Positions 28,987 through 43,900 of a DNA stretch of 64,000 bases are shown one piece after another (positions within the stretch are counted from its first letter, which is position 1; each line of letters begins with the position of its first letter). The position numbers were made by a program, and so were the translations under genes. Source of the DNA: an archaeon (GTDB lineage Archaea; Nanobdellota; Nanobdellia; Woesearchaeales; JAADFO01); contig JBDRHG010000017.1 of assembly GCA_043817075.1 (NCBI GenBank), forward strand, positions 16,492-80,491, read 5' to 3'. The notes under the pieces were generated by a model. The model was not told the DNA's origin. It saw nothing but the letters and a program-made list of their open reading frames with translations, and made no database searches.

Positions 28987-31900
28987 TTGATGCAAAAAAG
29001 AGGGAACTTTGTATTCATAGTGCTATCATTAGTAATCGGAGTCATCGCGTTCTCTTCTACCCTCACTGCGCAATCTAACCTCCTTCCTTGTTGTTCCGAT
29101 CCCGATATCGGACCCGCCTATTATTGTTATAAAGCATACGACACCAAACCGGAGCAGATGGACATCAATGACTATCTGACTGTGGATATGTGCTGCGGCG
29201 ATGGGATTACCGCGTGTCCTGCATTCTCCCTCGCGACAGATGGCTGCGACTCTGTCCAGGCATGTCAAGATGCAGGATGCTGCTGCACAGAGAATAGTCC
29301 GCTCGGGACACTGACTTCAGAAGGAGGCTGCTCCGGCGTGATAAAGCATTTCTTCCCCGGCGTCTTCAACACCGGACAATGCAATGGCATCTGCGAAAAA
29401 CAATACGAATGCAGCGACGGAATCGACAATGATAATGATGGGAAGACCGACTACGATCCCGACGGCAACGGCGATCCGCAATGCGACTCTCCCACCCATG
29501 ATTCCGAAGCGGACGGCGGGACATTGGAAGAGGACTGCACCACAGCCGAAGATGAAGACGGCGACGGTTTCGCCTCATGCCTCGACTCAGAATGCCGCCA
29601 GGAATCCTGCGGCACCATATGCAGCGACTACACCGATCATGTCTACAGCAGCGCTGACGACCAGGTTTTCGACCTCTGCTGCGCTGACGGCACTTCCGCT
29701 CAGAGCAATGCTGACGACGCCATCGCACCGCTGGATTGCCTTCTCGACACCCTCGGCGCTGACGTCTGCGCATCTGAATGCCCCACTCCACCGCCGACCT
29801 GCGACGATCTCACTTCTCAAGGCCAAGCTGTCTGCGATACTCAGGACGGCTGCGAATGGTGCGAGAACACCGACCCACAGACCTGCATCGTAGAAGGAGG
29901 CGCCTGCGATCTTCCTGTGCTCCCTTGCGACCAGAGGACGGTCGCCACCTGCAAGGACGGCAATGACGTCAACCAGATCAAATGCTATCTCTGTGATTCA
30001 GCCTCCTGTCTTGAGAGCTGTGCGAATTGCGTCGGCTTCCCGGTGCAGGACGCCAGCGTCTGGGAATGCCAGGCACAAGGCGGCAATGTCTGTGACAATG
30101 TCGAATGCGGGCAGAACGCGGCCTGCGAGACCGGTTCAGGAGTCTGCCGCTGTGACGTGGTCGGAGGCGACCAATATTATGATGAGACGCCTGATTCCTG
30201 CACACCTGAAGGCGATACCATAGTGCCGCCGATGCCTGGCGGTAGGGACTGCATCGCAGAGAACCTATGTTCTGAGTGCGGCAATGGCATACGAGAGGAA
30301 GGGGAGGATTGCGACGACGGCAACGAGATAGACGACGATGATTGCGGTAATGACTGCCGATGGAACATCGTCTCTGCCTGCGAGGACAACGGCGGTAAAT
30401 GCTGCCCAGAGAACACATTGTGCATGGGAGCCGAGGGGCAGGGATTGCCCGGTGGCTGGGATTGCACTGGCGGAGAACTCTGCTATACAGGCTGCACCTC
30501 ATGCGTCATAGCGACAGAAGAGAACTGTCGTGACGGATCCGACGTGGGAGAGGGTAACGACCATGACGGCAAGCCGGATTGCCTGGATTTCGACTGCCAC
30601 GAAGATTCCTGCGGAATGTCCAATTGCCAGAGGACCGAATACGAGAACAATGTATACGACGCGACCGAACCGCCGGACGGCACATTGGACACCTGCTGCT
30701 TCTTCTCATCATGGCTCCGCGACTGCGACGAGGACGGGACGCCCGAGGCCTGCCGGCTGCAGCCTTGCGACTGCGACGACGGAGCCAAGACCCCGATATT
30801 CCCGCCTGCGACACCGCGAGTGGCCTTCGACCACAAGACCGGCGGATCAGACGCCGACCATGCTCCTGAGATCACCATCACCTGGGACTTCCATGAAGGT
30901 GAGTGCGACACCGCGGCGAATTTCAACATCTACCGCTGCGACAAGACCATGTGGGGAGGCGAGGGATGCCAGGAAGGCGATGAAGACATCCTTACCGTGC
31001 CGGCCCGTTTCGACGCCGACGCCCCGCTCAACGAGATCCCGCTTCCCGGCGCTACCCGCTCCTATCTGGAAACCAATGTCGCGGCAGGGAAGGACTACTG
31101 CTACCTGATCGAGGCCAACTACGGTCCGACGAGCATGTTCTCCAAGGTGGTGTGCACCTACACCGGCGACGAGATCTGCTTCATCGAGGACGGACAGTTC
31201 TGTTTCGACCCTGAGGGCTTGGTGCCGACGCGAGGCTACCAATGCAGCGAGGAGAACACATTCACACCGACCTCGACGGATCCTTACGTGAAATCGGATG
31301 ACGAGATCCGCGACTGCAACGAATTTACCGAGGGCGATTACGAGGCCATATGCCGAGAGAAGTCGGACAACACCGTCGACTGCTTCATCTCCGGCCCGTG
31401 CGAGCCATGCAATTTCCCCATGGGCATGTTCTATTCATGGCAGGATAGCATCACTGAGCTGTCCGACGGGGAATGGGATAACTGCCACAAAGCAGAGACC
31501 GGGTGCTTCCTCGAATATTCAATGACGACGGTCGACCAATTCCGTTCCTGCAAGGATATCGACAGCTGTTACGCCTACCGGTCTGAGAAAGCATGCGAAG
31601 GGACTTATGGCTCTCCTTACACCGGCTCTGGTAATCCTTGTCTTGACAACGCCTGCGAATGGGTGCCCATCATGCCTGAATTCGGCGTCGGCGTCTGCCG
31701 CGACACTGAACCGGAGAGACAGGAATGCTCTTGGTGCGACGAAGGCCACTACAACCAGATGTTAGGTTCCTGCACAGAGCAACTGTGCCAGGCCACGGGC
31801 GAGGAATGTTATCTCGACGAAGAGGGAAGCTGCCTGCACGGCAGCACCCTGTCATGTGAGAGCTACGACGACAGAGAGGATTGTCTGGGACGCGGACAGA

Positions 31901-34900
31901 TCAGCGGCATCAAGGTCGATGTCGGCGGTCGAATCGGAGACGGCCGCACCAACGACATCTATGAACGCAGCCAGGATTTCCTCGGCTTCGGCCTCTGCAG
32001 CTGGTCGACTACCGACGAGGAATGCTTCAAGGACGCGAATTATGATGCCAGTAGAGATCCCCATGCCAAGGATCTCTTCCCACCCATCACCCACGTACAG
32101 GTCCCGACCTGGAAACGGCCGCAGGGCGTCTTCCCTGACCAGGACCTCTACCTTGCGGACGAGATCGTCATCAGCGGCGTCGTGACTGACCAATACCCGG
32201 AAGGTGTGCTCTGCAAATGGCCTGACCTCGATGCTCCGAACAATGCCGACAACAAGGACAACTGCACCGGACCGACCAAGCTCTTCTATGCCATCTACTC
32301 GCTCAATCCGCTCAGCCCCGAACGGATCGTCAGACAGATCATGGTCGAACCGACCAATGTATTGGTCAACACGGACGGTACCATCGTCGAGACCACCAAA
32401 GAACTCGAATCAGGCATCTACCAATTGTTCTATTACGCCATGGACAAGGCGGACAACCTCGAGGTCGTCAAGAACCTGACTATCGAGGTGGACAAGACCG
32501 ACCCGGTCATCACCTTCATGGATCCCCCCACCTTCACTCTTGGGACGCCGCCGGATTTCGAGAGCGATGTCCTCATCTTGTTCTCGGTCAGCGAGGAGGT
32601 CACCTGCACTGCGGACCGGCTCACCAAGCTAGACGATCCAGAATGGACGGACCTACCGTTCATCCCAGGAGAATTCCCCAATCTTTATGGTGTGGACTTC
32701 TACGCGCAATTCGAGACGCTCTTGGACGGTTCATACGAATACGAGGTAACCTGCAATGACAGGCTGGGCAACGAGGCTGTCGAGAAGATAGAGTTCCGCA
32801 TCGAGGCCGACCGACGCATCACCACCCCTAAACCAGAGGGTACCATCGACTACTCGACCGAAATCCTGCTCCAGGTCTTCACCGAGAACAATGCGGTCTG
32901 CGAGATCATGAATCATGGCGGCACCGAATGGGAGCTGATGACCACCGTCCCCAATCCTGATGGCACAGGGTATTTCCATGAGAAGACCGTGGCCGACCTC
33001 GGGCCATCACCAGACCGCACGTATATCCATGATGTACGATGCACATTCGAGGTGAGCGGCGATGTCGTGACCGACTCGATCGTGTTCACCGTGGACACCA
33101 CACGTCCTGCCATAAGATTCCTTGACGATTCCGGAAACGACTTCAACTTCGCCGTCTGGTACGGCGAGGATTCCCCGCCATATATGTACATTGAATGCGT
33201 CGACGACGGCTTCGGCTGCGAGGACGACCTCTATTTCTGCACCAGCACCTTCCTCGAAGAGGACTGCGACCCCGAGACAGAGACGGTCCCTGGAGCCAGC
33301 AATGGCCCGGTCCCTTTCCCGATCAGCGAGCTTGCGGGCCATCCGAGCATCGTCAGCCAACGCATCTGTGTCGAGGGTCTTGAACAGAAAAGCCCTGATG
33401 AGACCATGGGCGGCCGCGAGACCGAACCTGCGGTCTGCCACACCATCATGGCTGATCAGGTCGGACCGGAACTCTTCGTCAATGAAGTATGGGTAGAGAG
33501 CGAACCATACCGCACGACCGACCAGACGTCGATCACCTTGACGGGTTCGGTACTCGACTATGGCTATCATGACGATAGCGGAGTGTCTGCAACAGGCGGT
33601 GAGGTCGTGACGATCGAGGACCATACCTTCAGGGAATTCACGCTCAATGCGACGCTGGAGTTCGAAGGGACCAAGGGCGATGTCGTGGTGCGACGGGCGA
33701 GCGATGGTGAGATGGTCGTCGCTCGGATCGACAAGACCAATCCTTTGCCGGACGAGCTCATGCTCATTCATTTCGCCGCGGATGGCTCCATCGTGTCCCA
33801 GCAGCGTGAATCGGTGGCCGATGTCGAGGCCACCATATTCAAAGTCAAAGTTTCAGCTCAAGGAGACGCTTTCGTCTTCGAGGTGGCTGATGTCGGCAGG
33901 GTCACGGCGACATTCCCTGGCGCTCCGGCCTTGGGTGAGATCGGCGTCAGTGCACCGCTCGCAGCAGAGTCGACACCGGTCAAGATAAGCGACATACGCG
34001 TGATTGACGAGGAGATCGACCGCACCAAGAACAAGGTCCGACTCGAGATCACCAATGTCCCAGGCCATATGGTCGAGACCTTCTGCGATGCCAATGGCCA
34101 TTTCGAGGCCACATTGACCGGCTTGCAGGAAGGTGAGAACACCATCCGCATCCGCGGCTTCGACCGCGCCGGCAATGTCGATATCGCGAGTGCCGGAGGC
34201 AACAAGGACCTCTACGGCGTCTTCGTGGACAACTATGGACCGGTCATCAGCGGACCGTTCCGGCTCACTGATGCTGGAGGCAGAGGCATCGAGCACGCGG
34301 AGTACGGCCAACCCGTCATGATCGAGATCGACGTGGACGAGAGCACGCTCAGAGGTCTTGATACAGGCTCGGACAATGCCCAGGTCAATGTCACCAGGGT
34401 CATGGTCGAGATAAACGGCAAGACCTACGAAATGGGATTCCAGGACGACACCGCGGGCCATTGGGAGACCGGCACATGGAACATCACCATCCCTGTTGAA
34501 GACGTCGCGGCCTGGGGTGTCGGCACTTTCATCGTCACCTTCACGGCCGAGGACGAGTTCGGCCATACCGCGACTGCGGAGTTCACCGGTGAGGAGGACG
34601 GCTTCAACGTGAAAGACGAGACCGTCCCGGTCCTCAACACGCTCATCCCGACATTCGAGGTGTACGGCAGCGCCCTTGTCACGAATGCGGAGACCATCGA
34701 TCTGATCGCGACCTATACCGAGCTCAGACCGCTCAACATCAGTGTGCAGATCGTGGGCAAGGATGAGAACGGCGACACCGTATTCACGGTGCTCAAGGAA
34801 GAGGGACTCACCGGCGGTACCGACCAGACGATCACAATCACAGTCCCCCTGTATCCGGGCCAGAACGACATCACCATGCAATTGTGGGATGAATCATATA

Positions 34901-37900
34901 ATGTCAACACCGGTACGCCCGCAGTGTTCTCCAACGGAAAGAATCAGCTCCGGGTGTTCCGCGACATCGTCGCGCCGGACATCACCGAACCCACCATCAA
35001 GGGTGAAGGAAGTGGAATAGGGAAGAAGATAGAATACGGCACGAACGCCACCATCGAGTTCACCGTGGATGATACGCGCTACACCAAACATGTGACCGAA
35101 GTCGCTCTCGTCATCCAACATGAGGACGGTACGGCGCACGGAAGCAGGACCGCGGTCTACACCAATGAAGAAGAGGGACCGGTCAAGATAAAGTACGAGA
35201 TGAACGTGACCGAGACCGGCTATGGCATCTTCGATCTCGAGATCGGCAACTACACCGTCACGGTCACGGCGACAGACGCTTATGGCAACACTGAACCGAC
35301 CGTGGAGGCCATCTTCGAGATCGTCGACACGACACCACCGGAGATCATCTTGGAGATCCAGGAGATGGGAGAGGTCGTCGAGATCATCTCCCGTGGCAAC
35401 AGCAATCGACGAGAATATGACGTCGTGCTCTTCGCCAACGAACCCATCAAGGATATCTCAACCTTCAGCTATCAGTATAATCCACCTTGCGACGATGTCG
35501 CCATACCGGAATTCGCGCAGACATTCGCGCCGCGCACCGACACAGAGGAGAGGGTATGGGAAGGCAAGCTCTGGATCCCCCTGGGCTATGCATGCTACAA
35601 TGACGCAGATGAAGAGGAGATCGACTTCATCATCGAAGGCATCGATCACAATGATTTCCCGTTCTCGATCGCAGAGGGCGACATCACCCCTGAATCTTTC
35701 ATCATGGACAATGTGGGTCCTGCGGCGCCGGTCTTCTATTTCCCGACTGACGACATGTTCCCCAGGGATGCCGACATATCGGATCCTTACTATAGTATAG
35801 AGGAGACAGTGACCGTCTTTGGCTATACTGTAGACAGCGATGAAGATGCTATCGGTGATGTACCGGTCGTCGTGCTCCATTCGCCTGACCAGACCGCCTG
35901 GAGCAACATCCCTGTCCAATCCAGCCAGGAGAGCGCATGCGGAGAGCAGGCCAGGCTGGAGAGCCTCGCCAGCGAGGGCGCGACCGAAGTGTTCGTCAAC
36001 GGCAACTTCGAGCAGTACGGCGCAGGGGGTTTCAACCTCTTCATCGAATATGATCATCGCGCAGACTACACGTATTATCCTATATCCGGCGCCGCATATG
36101 ACGACATCGTCGGCCGTACACGGATCACGCTTTCAGAGCCGCTCGAGAAAGAGGCGAACCAGGGCACCGCGGTGATGCGTTGTCCCTATCCCGAACCGAC
36201 CGGTTATTTCCTGGCCGCCATCCCGCTCGGCGAGGGACGCACGTACATCCGCGCCCGCTCCCAGGACCTATTGAGCAATTGGGGTGAGACCACCGGCGCA
36301 TTCTTGGTGATCAAGGACTTGACCCCGCCGGTGCTCGTCTCCACCACCCCGGACGCTGATTATATCAGCGCCGAACCGATTGATCAGGTCAGGGTAGAGA
36401 TTGAGGATCCAGGCGCAGGCTTCAACTGCTCCTCCTTCAACCTGACCATCGAGATGTATAACATGACCGATGCAGGCGATGAGCCTCGCTACTGCGCCTC
36501 ATGCGATATCGAGACTGAATGCGAGGACGGCGACACCGAAGCGATCTTCATCCTGCTGAGCGACGCTGAGGGTGGCCTGTTCGACAAGGATGGCGAGGAA
36601 GGTCTCGATGAGGGCATCTATTACGGCAGCATCTCGGTCCGTGACCTGGCCGGCAACGAACTCACCCATGAATGGGTGTTCACCACCGACTCCAACTCGA
36701 CCCATATCCCTATGCTCTCCGTCGCGGACGGTTTCACGTATGGGCGGACGCTCTATGTGCCTGACCTCAGACCGGATCTCGTGCTCAACTACGCCTACGA
36801 CAACAATAAACATATCGAGATATTGAGCATGGGCAAGACGCCCGAAGAGAGCCCGCAGCACCAACCGATATACACCCGTATCAACAATACCGCATTCTCT
36901 CTCGCCTTCTCTCAGGACCTCTGGGAAGACTTCGGGCTGGCCACACCCCTCAGTCCGACGACCCTACATCGCCTCCTGGTGGAGTCCAGGAAGGAGTACT
37001 CGTCGGATAACTGGAGCAATGTCGGCAGCCATTCCAGGTTCTTCGTCGTCGACGTCACCGATCCGGTGCTCGATCCCGCCCCGGTCGCGGTCCGGAATGC
37101 GACTCCCGTCGTCAACGGGAGCTGGGACGATCGCAACATCAATTATGTGACTGTCTATGGCGCAGACGTACTGGGCAACTACAATGCCACTCTGGTCGAG
37201 GATGGATACGCAGGGACCTATTCCGTCACCGTACAGCTCAACAATGCCCAGGAGGGTCTCAAGGATATCCTGGTCAGGGCATGGGACAAGGCAGGCAATC
37301 CCAGCGAAGAGATGTCAGCAGAGGTCATGCTCGACTACACGGCTCCTATCGCATCCTGCGGCTACGGACTCTCTGGCACGTGGACCAACCAAGCTCAGAC
37401 CGTGATTCTGACCGGCTCGGACAGCATCTCGTCGGTCGGCCGTATCCTTTACTGCGAAGGCGAAGAATGCAGTCCGACCATCGTGTACGAAGAGCCCATC
37501 CCCTACGATATCGACACCGAAGAGATCGTCCGCTTCCAGGTCTTCGATCTCGCTGACAATCCCTCTGACAACATGACCTGCAGGGTCATGATCGACCTGA
37601 CGCCGCCAACCGTGGACATCAATAAGGATGTGGCAGACGATGCCAGCGTCAACACCGACGCCACTTTCGATTTGACCGCGGACTGCGACATCTCCGGATG
37701 CGCATGGCTGCGCTGGTGCGACGGCGAAGGATGCGACCCTGCGTCAGGGTATGAATACAACGCTCCGGTGACCGTCTCCGCGGAAGGAGGTCACGTGATC
37801 CGGTACGGCGCCCAAGACAATGCAGGGAACCTCGCCGATGTAGGTGAGATCAGGTTCGCCATCGACAAGACGTCGGCGGTCCTGGACCCGGTGACGTTCG

Positions 37901-40900
37901 AGAACGACAACATCTTCCAGCTCGACGAGCTCACATACAGGACGAATAGGGATAACCTCACCATATCAGGCACGATCAGCGAACCCGCCGACGTCGTGAT
38001 ATCGGTCACCGATGCCAGCAAGGTACCGAAGCTCACCGACGTGGAGAGCTTCTCAGAGAATGTCAAGCTTAACGTCCGTGGAAAAGACAATTCCCTCCAT
38101 ACCGTCACCATCGAGATCACCGACCCAGCCGGAAACATCGCGACATATGATTTCATGGTGGAATATGACATGAGAGGCCCGGTCATCAATGTGACATCGC
38201 CTGTGCAGGTCTGCGACCATAGCGGATGCACGTATCATATCAACACGAATACGCCGAGCGTCATCGTGGAGACGGACCGTGACGCGGTCTGCCGTATCGA
38301 CCCGTATCTCTCGGGGACGTTCATCGATATGACTATGGGCGGCACAGAGCATGGATATGACGGCTATGGTGTGCTCATCGAGAACGATTATGGCTTCGCG
38401 GTCGAATGCACAGGAGATCAGTTGGGCAACACCAACACCCAACAATTCACGTTCACCGTCGACACCACCGCACCGGAATTGGTGCTCGGCCTGACAAATG
38501 GCGAATGGGACGAGTCCTTGGGCGAAGAGAATGTCTGGCGCGTCATGCATCGTGAGGACGGATTGATCCAGACCAGGATCAAGGCTGAAGACACGGCGAT
38601 ACCCAAAGACGACATCGTCTGCTGGTATGAGTCCTGCGAGGGATGCACACCTGGGCAGGGCGACCTGGACAACCAGCCGCCGTTCGGCAACGACACCTTG
38701 TACATGGGCAACCAGCAGGAGCGGGTGATCTATCCTGTCGGTACGAACGATGAATACCTTTACACCATCGATTGCCGGGACCGCGCGAGCAATGTGGCGA
38801 CGGGCATGATTCGTGTGATAAACAATGTCCCCAGCCAGATACAGGTGGTGGAGACCTATCCTTCCAATAATGCCTTCATCGGCAGCAACGATTTCACATT
38901 CTACGCCGTGACCAACGAATACGGGGAATGCACCTATAATGATGGTGCTGTCCAGGCTTTGGATGGCGCGGCATACAACCACACCACACGGATCAGGGCA
39001 GAGGACGGATGGTACCGTTACGATATCGTCTGCACATCGTCTGACTCTCCGACGAGCACGAGCTCGACGGTCTCATTCACCGTGGACACAGAACCGCCGT
39101 CCGCACCCACGATCTCAGCAGACATCCCTGAAGGTATCCCTGCGGCCAATGACGCCCCCACATTCCAGTTCCAGAGCGAAGATTCGGCAGGCATCAAGGG
39201 ATTTTCCTATGAGCTGACCGCCCATCCTTCGACCAGACCTGATGAGGAGCAGGACACGGACGGGAATTCGGCCAGCTTCTCAGAGCTGGAGGGAGGGACG
39301 TATTACTTCCATGTGCGCGCCGTGGACAATGCCGGCATCTGGGGAGAGACTGCGCATTACATGATCATCATCGATACTTCGGCCCCTGAAGCGCCGAAGA
39401 TCAAGGTCGATCCTGAATATTCCAGGGACGGACGCATCAACGTCAGCGGCACCACATCATCCGAAGACGAGGTGGTCGACGTCACCATCGAAGTACTGTA
39501 TGACAGCATGGTGCTTGCCGGCAGCTCGGTCACCGTCATCAGTGATGGCAAGTTCTCATCGAGCATCATCCTACCCGGAGACTACGAGCACTACGAGATC
39601 CGTGCCTATGCCTCGGATCGGTTGGGCAATGGCGCGGGCCTGTATTCAAATGTCGTCGATGCATTCCGCATCCAGACCGGACCGTCATTGATCGGCACAA
39701 GGCCATACAATAACGAACGTATATGCGAGGTCAAGGAAGTCATCGCCACGCTCGAGAGCTACGGCGAGATAGAGATCAGCGGCGCTTCGACCATGGTCAT
39801 CGAGGACAGCAACGGTCAGGAGGTCGTCGAGGACAATGGCAATGTCGATGTCAAGATCGACCGGAACGCCGGGACTGCGAAGCTGACCTTCAAGCCGGCC
39901 GAGAATCCCTTGCCGGACGGCGCATACGGGGTCGCCATCTTCGCGTCCGATGTGCTCGGCAACACAGCAGAGTTCTATTCCTATTTCGAGGTCAACCAAT
40001 ACGCGCCGTGCATCGGTTGGAATATCACGCCAAATGTCACACCCCTCGACCAGATCGTCCTCAATCCCATCCAAAGCCCGACCGGCAATCGCATCGTCCA
40101 GATCTCAGGGACGGTGCGGTACACCGACGGCACTCCGGCGGACCAGGCCACGGTCGAGATCCTCGTCAAGAAGGATGACGGCGCCTATGGCCTCATCGAC
40201 ACCATCCGGACGGACGCGTCTGGCGGATTCTTGCGGGAGCACACCTTCCGTGACGGCGAAGGGCCTTACTTCATCAAGGTAGAGGCCCATGACTATACCG
40301 GTTCTTCTGCATCATCGCTCACGACCCAGGTCAACTATGTGTCGTCCGCTCCAGACATGGTGCTGGTCTCTCCGGCAGAAGGCAGCAGGACACGTGAAGC
40401 CGATACGGTGACCTACTATCTCGCGCAGCAGGACGATGCCATCATCGTGTCCCATGACGAGATGCTCATCGAGACCTCCACCGGGAGAAGGATCTCAACG
40501 ACCGTCGAAGAGATCGGCTGTTCAGTGCCTGAATGCACCATCATGAAGCGGCTGATGATCGGAGAAGTGTTACCCGACGGGACCTACGAGGTACGGGTCA
40601 ACGCCGATGATATCCTGGGCAACAGCGAGCTCTTCACACCGACCTTCGAGATCGACACTGACGTCCCCGAGATCGTCTTCGAGACGCCGACGAGCAGAGA
40701 GTTCGAGGACGATACCGTATTTGTCGTCGAGAATTCCCTGAGTGTGCTAGGCCGCATTCAGTCGGATAATCCGCCCTTCACCGGCACATTGCAGGTCAAC
40801 AGCCGTACACCAGAACAGATGGATATCTATGAGTACAGCGGAAGCTGGCGCTTCACGACCCCGATCCGCCTTGAGGACGGCGACAACAGGCTCCGTTACC

Positions 40901-43900
40901 GCATCACCGACGCATCGGGCAATGAGGCTGACGTGACGGTCGTGGCGCACAAGAAGCCGTCAGGTTTCACCCCACAGGTCATCATCACCTCTCCGCAGAG
41001 CGGAGGCACGTTGACCCGGACGAACATCCTCGTCGGCACCTACTCGCATCCAAAGGGCTATCTCGATCGGATGCGGCTCCTGGTCAACGGCCAGCAGGCC
41101 AAGGAGGTCGAATTCGCTTCAGGGACTTTCTCGACCGATGTGACCATCAGCGAAGGGACTGACACCATCACGATAGAGGCGATCGACCGCTGGCAGGACA
41201 CGGTCTCTGACGAGATCACTCTCACATATGGCGGAGCCGAAGTGCCATACACCGTCGTCCTCGATCCCATCACCACGCCGACAAACAATCCAGGCATCAC
41301 CGTCCAGGGAAGGGTGGATGATATCGCATCCGGACTCCCGGCAGGCGGCGTCGATGTCTTGATCGGTGTCGGCAGCACGTCGAGGACGATCACCGCGGAG
41401 ATGGACGGCAGCTTCTCTGAACCGTGGACCTTGCGCGGAGCGAACCAGATGCATATCGTATCCGTATCAGCACTCGCCGGCGACGGCTTCCCCAGTGAGC
41501 CCGCGTTCCAGGAGGTCTGGTATGTCACGGCCATCCCTGGATTCTCAGCCTCGCCGAACAGCCAAGACACATATCATACGGTCGAGACCATCGTGCTCCA
41601 AGCAGAGCAGATCGACGACGCGACCCTCGGCGTATCCAATCCCTCTCTGGTATCAGGGACCAGCAATTACGCTGTGACCGGTCCTTCCCCAGAGTTCTGC
41701 GGCCATCAATGCAGGAGCTTCGTCTTCGCAGTGGATGAGGATCTCGCTGACGGCGACTATGTCTTCTCCTATCGCGTCTCGGACACCCTGCAGGAGACCG
41801 ACCGGGAGACGAGGTTCACCGTAGATAGCGAGGCACCGCTCATCCGTATCACGACCCCGATCGAACTGGAAGATGAATCAGGGGACGCTGCCATCTCAGG
41901 CATCTATGTCGGCCAGGACACTCTCCATGTGGAAGGCATCATCGAAGGCGTCGGCATATCATCATCCGATGATGTGCAGGAGACCAATGCCGACGAGGTC
42001 TTCCCCTGCGGCAACGACGTCTGTTTCAACCACGACATCGATCTCGTCGCTGGTTCCCAGACCATCAGCCTGCATGTGACCGACAGGCAAGGCCGTCGTG
42101 GCACACGGAGCATCATCGTGCATCGTAAGGGTGTCGGCGGCAATTTCATCAGGATTGTCGCGCCTTCGGACGGCGCGACGGTCTTCTTCGAGGATGTCAG
42201 CATCGAGGGTGTCTACGGGGACCCCTACGTCAAGAAGATAGATGTCTACGCCAACGGCGATTTTCAGGAGACCGTCGATTCGTTCTTCGGTTCATCCTTC
42301 ACCGCGAGGGTGGAGCTCGATGAGGGAGAGAACCTCATCAGAGTGGTCGAAGAGGACCATTTCGGAGACACCACCCAGGACGAGATCGTCCTCATCTACT
42401 CATCGTCCGGCCTATCGGCAGGCATCGCCTGCGGAGAGGGACAGAATCCCTGCTACACCAACGCCGGACAGGTCACCGTCTCTGGGACGGTGCCGAGCGC
42501 GCTCGATGTCATCGCGACTCTGACGGTGAAGAACAGCGAAGGAACCCAAGAATATCCCTTGGGGCTCACCGGCGCAGACAACGCCTTCTCACAAACGATA
42601 GTGCTCGAGGCCGGCAGCAACACGCTCAAGATCATCGCAGAGGACGCGCAGGGCAGAGCGGAGTCAGGAGAGCTGGTCATCATCCGGGACAACGACTTGC
42701 CAGAGGTACGCATAGAGTTCCTCCAGAACGCCAAGCCCGCCCCCAACGTCACCGCATCTGATGCCACCGACATCAAGGTCCTGTATACGGAGAAGTATCC
42801 GAGGACGTTGGAATGGCGTCTCAACAGCGGGACCTATGACGGGGTTTTGATCGAATCACCGGCCTTCCCGCGCGAGGATTTCCATCTCGCCGAGGGCCAA
42901 TTGCTCAGGGAGGGAAGCAATCTCGCCGAGGCGACGGTCGAGGACAAGGCAGGCAACAGGAACAGCGCGTCGGCCTCCATCATCCTGGACACCGCCGCAC
43001 CGGAGATCCGCATCACCACGGTCACCGCGCCAGAGCACACCATCTTCCATGATATGGGCAAGTACAAGACCAATGCCGAGAGCGTCATCATCCACGGCAC
43101 CTATGCCGACGATAACTTCAAGGCCGTCTACCTGGAAGGCAAGAGCAAGACGCCTGTTGACGCCATCGGCGGCTCCTTCGAGATCGAGGTCCCAGTGTCG
43201 GCCAAGAAGGGCACTGAAGCGGAATACAATTTCACAGTGGTCGCCGAGGACCAAGGCGGTCTGACAGCTGAAGCGACGGTCACAGTGGTCGTCGACAACG
43301 GTGTTCCGACCGCCGAGATCAGCAACATGGCAACAGAGGGCGGCAAATATTATACTGCGGAAGAAAGACCGCTTATCGATATCCTTGTCAGCGAACAGGC
43401 TGATTGCGAGCTGGTCTACCGGCCCAAGGACTTCACCAGCGACTTCATCCAGCCTTTCACCGACCTGGGCGACCATGATCACCGTGTGCAGCTGCTCAAT
43501 AATCTCGATTTCGCAATCGGTGAGAACACCGGCAATAGCGTGATAGTACAATGCACCGATGTCTTCGGGAATGCAGGGGAATCCCTCAAGACCACTATCG
43601 TCGTCGACAAGGTCGAACCGTCCATCATCTCATTCGGATTGTCTAACGCATTGCTCGAGGAAGAGGAGGAGGACACCAAGCGATATACTGTCGTGACCAA
43701 TCCGTTCACCGAGATATTCGTCGATGAGGCCAGCGAGCCGCTGCGTTGCCGCTACGGCACCTCGCCTGACTTCGACACCATGACCAATCAGTTCGGCGAC
43801 TATCCGTCCTTCAAGCTCAGCACCCTCTCAGGCATCATCGAGCTGGTGGACCAGCAGGAATACACATACTACTTCGGATGCGAGGACCGTGCGTTGCGTC

